A stretch of DNA of 64,000 bases from Rhodocyclaceae bacterium (GTDB lineage Bacteria > Pseudomonadota > Gammaproteobacteria > Burkholderiales > Rhodocyclaceae): NCBI GenBank assembly GCA_050486545.1, contig JBJHDM010000006.1, positions 27,365 through 91,364 of the forward strand, written 5' to 3'. Under the pieces are notes generated by a model. It did no database searches and was not told where the DNA came from. It worked only from the letters and a program-made list of their open reading frames with translations. The position numbers and the translations under genes were made by a program. Of this stretch, positions 56,614 to 64,000 are shown in pieces. Positions within the stretch are counted from its first letter, which is position 1, and every line of letters begins with the position of its first letter.

Positions 56614-57483
56614 TCATCCGCGCTCGGGCTGGTCGAGCGCCCACAACAGGGTGCGCTCCATGACCGCCTTGCGCTCGGGTTCGGACAGTTCGGCCGCCAG
56701 TACGCGGTGCAGCTCGCGCCCGAGCGGATCGCTGGCGCCTGCGGCGAGTGCCGCCCAGAAGGCGGCCTCCAAGCGATCGACCGCGACCCCATCGCCCTTG
56801 AGATGCATCAGCGCGAGCCAGCCCTGCATCTGGGCGTGACCGTCCTCGGCGGCCAGCCGCGTATAGCGCGCCGCAAGCACCGGCTCGACCGGATGCCCGC
56901 CGATGCCCTCGACGTACAGCCGCGCGAGAAAGAACGCGGCCAAGCGCTCGCCACGGGCAAGCGCGTACTCCAGCAAGCCGCGTGCTTCGCCCACCCGCTC
57001 GACCCCAACGCCACCCAATGCATCGGCGACCAGCAACGAAGCCAGTGCGACGTTCGCGGGCAGGTAGCCGGCCTCGATCGCTTGCCCGAACCAATGCTCG
57101 GCCTGCTCCCGGTCAGGGCCGAGCGTCGTTCCCAGGTACATCCAGCCCAGCTTGAGCGCGAACTCGTGCCCGCCCGCCCGCGCCACCTCGGCATACCGGC
57201 GCGCCGCCTCGTGCGCGTTCGCTTCGACACCATGCCCGTGCTCGTACATCCATCCGAGGTAGGACTGCGCACGGATCGAACCGAGCGTCGCCGCCTGGCC
57301 AAACGCCTCATGGGCGCCCGTCCAGTCCGGCGGATCCGCCTCGATCAGCCGCAGGGCTTCACGTTCGCTGTCCACCCACGGCGCGGGCGCGGCCGCTTCG
57401 GGTGCGCCGGCAACTGTGGCGGAAGCCGGCACCAGGGCCACCAGGCAGAACACGGCGATCCGCAAGACAAGGCGACGAATCAT
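56614..57483 (-). CDS. Sel1-repeat (SLR/TPR-like) exported protein
   Basis: 289 aa. Signal peptide. Repeated A...YLGWMYE.G.GV....EAA.WY-type Sel1 units. Confidence 0.75.
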   Translation of the reverse strand: MIRRLVLRIAVFCLVALVPASATVAGAPEAAAPAPWVDSEREALRLIEADPPDWTGAHEAFGQAATLGSIRAQSYLGWMYEHGHGVEANAHEAARRYAEVARAGGHEFALKLGWMYLGTTLGPDREQAEHWFGQAIEAGYLPANVALASLLVADALGGVGVERVGEARGLLEYALARGERLAAFFLARLYVEGIGGHPVEPVLAARYTRLAAEDGHAQMQGWLALMHLKGDGVAVDRLEAAFWAALAAGASDPLGRELHRVLAAELSEPERKAVMERTLLWALDQPERG

Positions 57484-57498
57484 TCCGGACCCCCTTGC

Positions 57499-58398
57499 TC
57501 AGCCGTAACGGCCGGTGATGTAGTCCTCGGTGGCCTTCTTCGAGGGGGTCACGAACAGCCGCTTGGTATCCCCGTACTCGATCAGTTCACCGAGGTACAT
57601 GTAGGCAGTGAAATCCGACACCCGCGCGGCCTGTTGCATGTTATGGGTGACGATGAGGATCGTGTACTCCTGCTTCAGTTCCTCGACCAGTTCTTCGATC
57701 TTGGCGGTCGAGATCGGATCGAGCGCCGAAGTCGGCTCGTCCAGCAGCAGCACCTCGGGCTCGATCGCGATCGCGCGCGCGATGACGAGGCGCTGCTGCT
57801 GCCCCCCGGACAGGCCGAAGGCGTTGGTCTGCAGGCGATCCTTGACCTCGTCCCACAGCGCGACGCTCCGGAGCGAGCGCTCGACGACCTCGTCGAGGAC
57901 GGCCTTGTCCTTGACGCCCTGCAGACGCAGGCCGTAGGCCACATTCTCGTAGATCGTCTTCGGGAACGGGTTCGGCTTCTGGAACACCATCCCGATCTTG
58001 CGCCGCAACTCGGCGGCGTCCACACCCTTCCCGTAGATATTCTCGCCATGCAGGTTGATCGAGCCCTCGATGCGGCAGGAGTCGACCAGGTCGTTCATGC
58101 GGTTGAAACAGCGCAGCAGCGTCGACTTGCCGCAACCGGACGGGCCGATGAACGCGGTGACGCGCTTGGCCGGGATCCGCATGCTGACCGATTTGAGCGC
58201 CTGGTCGTTTCCGTAGTAGAGATCCAGATCCTCGACGGTGATCGCGATCTCCTCGTCGTCGAGCGAGAGGTAGGCTCGCGTATCGTCGCTGAAGAGTCCG
58301 GCGCTCATGCTGGTCGGGGGGGTAGCCATGTTCATAGTACTGCTCCGGTCGGATTCGGGGGTTGCCGGCTGGGGGTGGGAAACGACGGCGGCGTCCAT
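57499..58398 (-). CDS. pstB: phosphate ABC transporter ATP-binding protein
   Basis: Walker [18 protein letters not shown] and [11 protein letters not shown] motifs. ATG at 58398 overlaps the pstA stop and has a GGAGGG RBS. A downstream Met (MNMATPP) is an alternative start. Confidence 0.9.
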   Translation of the reverse strand: MDAAVVSHPQPATPESDRSSTMNMATPPTSMSAGLFSDDTRAYLSLDDEEIAITVEDLDLYYGNDQALKSVSMRIPAKRVTAFIGPSGCGKSTLLRCFNRMNDLVDSCRIEGSINLHGENIYGKGVDAAELRRKIGMVFQKPNPFPKTIYENVAYGLRLQGVKDKAVLDEVVERSLRSVALWDEVKDRLQTNAFGLSGGQQQRLVIARAIAIEPEVLLLDEPTSALDPISTAKIEELVEELKQEYTILIVTHNMQQAARVSDFTAYMYLGELIEYGDTKRLFVTPSKKATEDYITGRYG

Positions 58399-60059
58399 CA
58401 GTCGCCCTCCGCGCGGTACTTCTCGCGCAGGTGGTTGCGAATCGTGATCGCGGTCAGGTTGAGTGCCACGATCAACAGCACCAGGATCAGTGCCGTCGCG
58501 TAGACCAAGGCCTCGGCGGCCTCGGCGTGTGGGCTCTGGAAACCGACGTCGTAGATGTGGAAGCCCAGGTGCATGATCTTGCGCTCGAGATGGATGAACG
58601 GGAAATTGCCGTCGACCGGCAGCGTCGGGGCAAGCTTGACCACGCCCACCAGCATCAGCGGTGCGACTTCGCCGGCCGCCCGGGCGATCGCAAGGATCAG
58701 TCCGGTCATCATCGCCGGCGTGGCGAGCGGCACCACCACTTTCCACAGCGTCTCGCCCTTGGTCGCACCCAGCGCCAGCGAGCCCATGCGGATCGTGGAG
58801 GGAATGCGCGACAGGCCCTCCTCGGTCGACACGATGACCACCGGCAAGGTCAGCAGTGCGAGCGTCAGCGAGGCCCAGAACAACCCGGGCGTACCAAAGG
58901 TAGGGGCCGGCAGCGCCTCGGGATAGAAGGCCTGGTCGATCGCACCGCCCAGCACATAGACGAAGAAGCCCAGCCCGAACACGCCGAACACGATCGAGGG
59001 CACGCCGGCGAGGTTGTACACCGAAATCCGGATCGCCTTGAGCAGCGGCCCCTGCTTCGCGTACTCGCGCAGGTAGATCGCGGCGAGCACGCCGAATGGC
59101 GTGACGATGATCGACATCACCAGGACCATCACGACGGTGCCGAAGATCGCCGGGAAGATCCCGCCCTCGGTATTCGCCTCGCGCGGGTAGCCGAAGATGA
59201 AATCGAAGAACGACTCGACGTAGAAGACCACCTTGGAGAACACCGACATGTCGTTCGGCTGCCAGGCCTTGACGATCGCGTTCAGGCCCACCGTGACCTC
59301 CTGTCCGTCGGCTACCGTGAGCACGAGCGCGTCGCGCCGGACCTCGTCGAGCAGCGTGTTCAAACGCTCCTGCAACAATGCGTACTCGGCATCGAGCACC
59401 TCGCGGCGCTGGACGAACTCGCGTTCCATCTCCGGTGTGAGCGTTCCACGCAGTTCGGCCCTTCGCCGATCCAACCGAACGCGTTCGAGCCGGAAGTTGA
59501 CGTTGCCGATGTCATGGCGCTCGATGCGACGGATCTCGTCGAACAGCTTGCTGCTGCGCGCAAGCCGCTCGGCCAGCGCCGGCCACACCGCATCGCGCTC
59601 GGCGACCACTCGCCCGTGCTCGAGCAGACGCAGCGGCTGGCCGTAGAAGTCGCCCCACTCGCGCCGCTCGAGCACGATGATGTCCTTCGGATAGGTCCAC
59701 TCGCCGAGAAAATCGTCGACCAGGTACATGAAGTCGCGGCCGGTCACGTCGCGGTTGCCGAGCTTGAACAGATGCCGGGTGACCAGCCGTTGGTCCTCGG
59801 GCAGCCCCAGTCCTGCGTCGCGCAACACCTGGGCCGTCAACGTCTCGGACTTGCGCAGCTCGCCGATCACCCGCACCGGTTCGGCACCCGGTACCGCATA
59901 GGTCGTGGCGACGACGGCATGCGGCCAGAAGTGGCCGAAACCCCGTACCAGGATCAGTGCGAGCAGGCCGAACACCATGATGATGCTGATGCTCACCGCA
60001 CCACCGTTCAACCAGATCCACGGCGACCCGCTTTTCCACCATTGTTTCATCGAATCCAC
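58398..60059 (-). CDS. pstA: phosphate ABC transporter permease PstA (long form)
   Basis: ~550 aa. C-terminal PstA permease core with an N-terminal ~250-aa extension. GTG at 60059 or ATG at 60050. Confidence 0.85.
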   Translation of the reverse strand: MDSMKQWWKSGSPWIWLNGGAVSISIIMVFGLLALILVRGFGHFWPHAVVATTYAVPGAEPVRVIGELRKSETLTAQVLRDAGLGLPEDQRLVTRHLFKLGNRDVTGRDFMYLVDDFLGEWTYPKDIIVLERREWGDFYGQPLRLLEHGRVVAERDAVWPALAERLARSSKLFDEIRRIERHDIGNVNFRLERVRLDRRRAELRGTLTPEMEREFVQRREVLDAEYALLQERLNTLLDEVRRDALVLTVADGQEVTVGLNAIVKAWQPNDMSVFSKVVFYVESFFDFIFGYPREANTEGGIFPAIFGTVVMVLVMSIIVTPFGVLAAIYLREYAKQGPLLKAIRISVYNLAGVPSIVFGVFGLGFFVYVLGGAIDQAFYPEALPAPTFGTPGLFWASLTLALLTLPVVIVSTEEGLSRIPSTIRMGSLALGATKGETLWKVVVPLATPAMMTGLILAIARAAGEVAPLMLVGVVKLAPTLPVDGNFPFIHLERKIMHLGFHIYDVGFQSPHAEAAEALVYATALILVLLIVALNLTAITIRNHLREKYRAEGD

Positions 60060-60075
60060 CCCGGTTCGTCAGATC

Positions 60076-62373
60076 TCAGAGAGAGGCGTAGCGCTTGCGC
60101 AGGCGCTGGCGCACGACTTCGGCTGCCGTATTCAGCACGAAGGTGAAGGCCAGCAGCACGAGCGCCGACAGGAACAGCACTCGGAAGTGCGTCGACCCCA
60201 CGGCGGTCTCGGGCAATTCCACCGCGATGTTGGCGGCCAGCGTGCGCATCCCCTCGAAGATGTTCCAGTTGACGATCGGGCTGTTGCCCGAGGCCATCAG
60301 CACGATCATCGTCTCACCCACCGCGCGCCCGAAGCCGATCATCACCGCCGAGAAGATGCCGGGGCTGGCGGTCAGCAGCACCACGCCGACCACCGTCTGC
60401 CACGGGGTCGCGCCGAGAGCGAGAGAGCCCTGGGTCAGGTGCTTGGGCACGTTGAACACCGCATCCTCGGCGATCGAAAAGATCGTCGGGATCACCGCGA
60501 AGCCCATTGCCAGCCCCACGATGAGCGCATTGCGCTGGTCGTACGGAATACCGACGTCGGTCAGCCACTGGCGCATCGAGCCGCCGAAGTACATGACCTC
60601 CACCCATGGGCTGATCGTGACCGTGACCCACCCGAGCGCAACGACCACCGGGACCAGAATGGCCGCCTCCCAGCCGCCCGATACGGCATTGCGGATGCCG
60701 GCCGGCATACGGCTCCACAGATAGCCCCAGGCCACGATGCCGCAGGGAATGAGGACCAGGCCGATGATCAGGATCGGAAGGTTGTTCTCGATGTACGGGG
60801 CGAGCCAGATCCCAGCGAGAAAGCCGAGAATGACCGTCGGCAGCGCCTCCATCAGTTCGATCGACGGCTTGACGATGCGCCGCATCGGCGCCGACATGAA
60901 GTAGGCGGTATAGATCGCGCCCATGATCGCCAGCGGGGTGGCCAGCAGCATCGCGAACAGCGCCGCCTTGAGCGTACCGATCGACAGCGGCACCAGGCTC
61001 AGCTTGGACTCGAAGGCGTCGTCGGCCGACGACGACTGCCAGATGTAGGCAGGCGCATCGCGTCCCTCGTACCAGACCTTGCCCCACAGCCCGCTCATCG
61101 AGGTCTGCGGGTGCGGGTTGTCGATCGCGAGTACCCGCAGCGAATCGGCACTGACGGTCTCGACCACGGCCATGCGGTTTATCGGCGAGATCGCAATGCG
61201 CGAGATCGCGGTATCGGCCAGCTGCAGGAACTTCAGCGTGACACTTGACGTCGCGTAGTGCAGTCCGACCGTGCCGCCCGCGTCCCCGGCGATGAATCCC
61301 TTGCGCGTATGCTCGGGTTCGATGAACGTGATCGCCGCATCGTGCGGGCGGAACCCGCGGATGCGCGTCAGGTGCGAACGCCCGCTCGCATCGTCGCGCA
61401 CGAGCATCCACTGCGTGAGCGAACCGTCCGAGCCGCCGACGATCAGCGAGCGCGTCCCAACGAGGAACTCCGCAACCGTCACCGCGACACCCGGCCCGAC
61501 CAGCTCGACCTGCTCGACCAGCACCGGATTGTTCCGGTCGACGACGTCGAATTGATGGAGCGTACCGCCCTCGTCGATCGCGAAGAGGTTGCGCAGCGAC
61601 TCGTTGACCAGCAACTGACGGACCGGTCGGCCGAGATTCGGCAGATCGAAGTCCTGGCGGCGGACCTGGACGGTGCCCATGAGCATGTTCGTCGAGGTGC
61701 TGAACAAGGCCATTGCAATGTCGCCGTCGCGCGTGCCGGCCGCCACCACGTAGCCGCCCCGGCCATCGACGACTTCCAGCGCCGAATACTGCGCACCGGT
61801 CGCGCCGGCAATGCTGATCGGCGCCTCGCCGAGCGGATAGGCCAGACGGGGGGTGATCACCCGGGTACCACCCGGATAGCTCAGATCGTACTCGACCCGC
61901 AGGGGGAGAATCGAGCCATCACTGAACCCGAACACGAACAGGCTCTTGCGACTCTCCGAACGGCCGAAGCTGGTCACCGTCGCACCCTCGGGCATGGGCA
62001 CGGCCTCGCGCTTGAGGATGCGTCCGTCGCGTGTATCGAAGAAGGTAATGGTTCCCGACGCCGAAAAACGCCCGCCAATCTCCTCGAAGCGATCCAGCGT
62101 CAGGTGCAGCGTCGCCGCGCTGTCCTCGTCGGCAGGCACCGCGTACTCGGTGCTCTGCTCCATGCGCACGGGCTTGAGCAACGGCAGCGTCTCATAAAAC
62201 AAGTACAGGAAGATCAACGCCAGCGCGATGATGACCCCGATCCCGCCGGTCCCGACGCCATAGCTCGAAATGCCGTCATGAATACGACGCGTCCGGCGCA
62301 GCTTCTCCCGCTGCACCGGGTTCGGCAGCAAGGACTCTCGGGTGGGCGGGTGATCCGGAAAGATCGCTGACAT
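60076..62373 (-). CDS. pstC: phosphate ABC transporter permease PstC (long form)
   Basis: 765 aa. One N-terminal TM segment, a ~430-aa extracytoplasmic domain, then the PstC permease core. Confidence 0.85.
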   Translation of the reverse strand: MSAIFPDHPPTRESLLPNPVQREKLRRTRRIHDGISSYGVGTGGIGVIIALALIFLYLFYETLPLLKPVRMEQSTEYAVPADEDSAATLHLTLDRFEEIGGRFSASGTITFFDTRDGRILKREAVPMPEGATVTSFGRSESRKSLFVFGFSDGSILPLRVEYDLSYPGGTRVITPRLAYPLGEAPISIAGATGAQYSALEVVDGRGGYVVAAGTRDGDIAMALFSTSTNMLMGTVQVRRQDFDLPNLGRPVRQLLVNESLRNLFAIDEGGTLHQFDVVDRNNPVLVEQVELVGPGVAVTVAEFLVGTRSLIVGGSDGSLTQWMLVRDDASGRSHLTRIRGFRPHDAAITFIEPEHTRKGFIAGDAGGTVGLHYATSSVTLKFLQLADTAISRIAISPINRMAVVETVSADSLRVLAIDNPHPQTSMSGLWGKVWYEGRDAPAYIWQSSSADDAFESKLSLVPLSIGTLKAALFAMLLATPLAIMGAIYTAYFMSAPMRRIVKPSIELMEALPTVILGFLAGIWLAPYIENNLPILIIGLVLIPCGIVAWGYLWSRMPAGIRNAVSGGWEAAILVPVVVALGWVTVTISPWVEVMYFGGSMRQWLTDVGIPYDQRNALIVGLAMGFAVIPTIFSIAEDAVFNVPKHLTQGSLALGATPWQTVVGVVLLTASPGIFSAVMIGFGRAVGETMIVLMASGNSPIVNWNIFEGMRTLAANIAVELPETAVGSTHFRVLFLSALVLLAFTFVLNTAAEVVRQRLRKRYASL

Positions 62374-62424
62374 CCTGGGCTACTCCTGTTTTCGGACCGT
62401 TTCAAGCAGCGGGGCAGAAACCGG

Positions 62425-62459
62425 AAAAAGCAAGGCTTCGCCACCTCGGTGGCGAAGCC
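62425..62459 (-). terminator. hairpin/attenuator between pstS and pstC
   Basis: On the minus strand, GGCTTCGCCAC-CGAG-GTGGCGAAGCC (perfect 11-bp stem) followed by TTGCTTTTTCC. Confidence 0.65.
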
Positions 62460-62480
62460 CGTTCTTGCGTCAAGTGCTCG

Positions 62481-63455
62481 TCACTTCAGCTTTTTCTCTT
62501 CCTGGAACCGTGCCGCAACACTCGCCGGGAGCGTCACGTAGCCATCGCGATGGACAACCTCCTGCCCTTCCTTGGCGAGGACCATGCGGAAGAACTCGCG
62601 CTCGAGCGGGTTCCAACCCGAGTTCGGGTTCGCGTTGGCATACACGTACAGGAAGCGGGCCAGCGGATAGTCGCCCGTCACCGCGTTCTCGCCGGTGGCC
62701 TCGGCGAACTTGCCGCCATGCTCCTTCGCCAGCGGCACGACGCGCACGCCCGAGGTCCGATAGCCGATTCCCGAGTAGCCGATGCCGTTGATCGTCTGCT
62801 CGACGCCGCGCACGACCGCCGACGAGCCCGGCTGCTCGTTGATCGTCGACTTGAAATCGCCGCCGCACAGCGCGTTTTCCTTGAAGTAGCCGTAGGTGCC
62901 GGACACCGCGTTGCGGCTGTACAGCGTGATGTCGCGGTTGGCCCACGCGCCGGTCAGGCCGACCTGGCCCCAGGTCGTGATGTCCTGGCCGTAGCCGCAG
63001 GCACGGGTCGCCGAGAAAATCGCATCGACCTGCGGAAGCGACAGCCCCTCGACCGGGTTGTCCTTGTTCACATAGACGGCAACCATGTCGATCGCGACCG
63101 GCACTTCGGTCGGCGCATAGCCGTAACGGTCCTCGAACGCGCGGATCTCGGAGGCGCGCATCGCACGGCTCATCGGGCCAAAATTGGCCGTACCTTCAAC
63201 GAGAGCGGGAGGCGCGGTCGACGAACCGGCGCCCTGGATCTGGATGTTGACGTTGGGGTAGAACTTGGCAAACTCCTCGGCCCACAGCGTCATCAGGTTG
63301 TTGAGCGTATCGGAACCGATGGAGGTCAGATTGCCCGAGACTCCGGCAACGCGCTGGTAGCCCGGCAGATTGGGATCCACCTGCGCGAACGCGGCGCCGG
63401 CGGACAGGCCAAAGGCAGCGGTAACGCCCAGGACCAGGGTCTTCTTCAGCATCAT
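62481..63455 (-). CDS. pstS: phosphate-binding protein PstS
   Basis: 324 aa. Signal peptide. GSDTLNNLM...GAGSS...GT and SGTYGYF motifs of the PstS family. Confidence 0.9.
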   Translation of the reverse strand: MMLKKTLVLGVTAAFGLSAGAAFAQVDPNLPGYQRVAGVSGNLTSIGSDTLNNLMTLWAEEFAKFYPNVNIQIQGAGSSTAPPALVEGTANFGPMSRAMRASEIRAFEDRYGYAPTEVPVAIDMVAVYVNKDNPVEGLSLPQVDAIFSATRACGYGQDITTWGQVGLTGAWANRDITLYSRNAVSGTYGYFKENALCGGDFKSTINEQPGSSAVVRGVEQTINGIGYSGIGYRTSGVRVVPLAKEHGGKFAEATGENAVTGDYPLARFLYVYANANPNSGWNPLEREFFRMVLAKEGQEVVHRDGYVTLPASVAARFQEEKKLK

Positions 63456-63545
63456 GTCGATCTTCCTCTTGTGAGAGTATTGGCCGCAGTGCAGGCCTGC
63501 CCGATGGCAAACCCGATTGCGTGCTCGGCATTCTCACGCCGGTCC

Positions 63546-63563
63546 GTTACAGGAAGATGACAG
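63546..63563 (-). promoter_or_regulatory. Pho box upstream of pstS
   Basis: The minus strand reads CTGTCAT-CTTC-CTGTAAC: two 7-nt direct repeats with a 4-nt spacer, close to the PhoB consensus. It lies 91-108 nt upstream of the pstS ATG. Confidence 0.7.
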
Positions 63564-63616
63564 TCATGAAGCTGAAAGCCGGACGCGCGTCGACGCAGGT
63601 CCGGCGGGGGCGAAAA

Positions 63617-64000
63617 TCAGCGCGCAGCGGCTTCCGCAGCGTCGGCGATGTTGCGCGCAAGCCGCTCCACCTGGTCGGCATCGCGGCCTTCGACCATGAC
63701 GCGCAGCAAGGGCTCGGTGCCCGACGGACGCAGCAGCACCCGCCCGTTGGTGCCGAGTTCGCGGACCGCCGCGGCGCGGGCATCCTCGATGCCGGGATCG
63801 GCCTGCCAGTCGAGTCCGGCTGGTAGGCGCACGTTGATGAGTCGCTGTGGGTAGAACTCGAGATCCGCGCAGGCTTCGGCCAGCGTCTGGTCGTGTTGCT
63901 TGAGGGCGGAAAGCACCTGCAGCGACGACACGATGCCGTCGCCGGTCGTGTGCCAGTCCAGGCAGATGATGTGACCGGAATTCTCGCCACCGAGCTTCCA
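63617..64000 (-). CDS. glmM: phosphoglucosamine mutase, 3' part (gene continues beyond the window)
   Basis: The frame is open to the window edge. WKLGGENSGHIICLDWHTTGDGIVSSLQVL and RPSGTEPLLRVMVEG are GlmM C-terminal motifs. Confidence 0.85.
   Translation of the reverse strand, partial: WKLGGENSGHIICLDWHTTGDGIVSSLQVLSALKQHDQTLAEACADLEFYPQRLINVRLPAGLDWQADPGIEDARAAAVRELGTNGRVLLRPSGTEPLLRVMVEGRDADQVERLARNIADAAEAAAR

Noticed and set aside
1-64000. CRISPR arrays, rRNA genes, insertion sequences, prophage or integron features.
   Set aside because: I saw no regularly spaced direct repeats and no rRNA-like stretches. No translation resembles a transposase, integrase, recombinase or phage structural protein.

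Overview
GC-rich (roughly mid-60s % by eye) chromosomal segment. The core synteny looks betaproteobacterial: glmM, pstSCAB, tpiA-secG-tRNA-Leu(GAG)-nuoABCDEFGHIJKLMN-DUF2818-NUDIX. Almost all of it is coding. I saw no rRNA, CRISPR array, transposase or integrase.

Three chemolithotrophy modules sit in this backbone.

1. A cytoplasmic APS/sulfite pathway block, all on the minus strand: sat-aprBA (with a clean terminator), a ykgJ-like gene plus an SLC13/TrkA-C permease, then qmoAB-hdrCB followed by a stand-alone soxYZ. The sat and qmoA units are each preceded by a copy of the same ~74-nt conserved non-coding element.

2. A very compact operon encoding a Tat-exported [NiFe]-hydrogenase. The gene order is large then small subunit, and the large subunit has no C-terminal processing tail. 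It is followed 22 nt later by a methyl-accepting chemotaxis protein whose periplasmic domain has two CXXCH haem-c motifs. I read this as a candidate hydrogenase-coupled H2/redox taxis sensor, and it is my top candidate for an undescribed system.

3. An arx-type (anaerobic arsenite oxidase) locus, arxXSR divergent from arxB2ABCD. The ArxA-type YGRGWG signature is present, along with a sigma54-type promoter and two GTTAC-N6-GTAAC upstream sites. A translationally coupled SlyD-like PPIase follows arxD. The locus lies next to arsR-acr3-usp and a SiaABC-like partner-switching module that has no diguanylate cyclase.

The long antisense ORFs in the supplied track are GC-driven artefacts. Gene starts were re-derived from the sequence, because the track also uses GTG/TTG as starts. 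All functional calls rest on motifs I can read in the translations and on gene order; no database search was possible.
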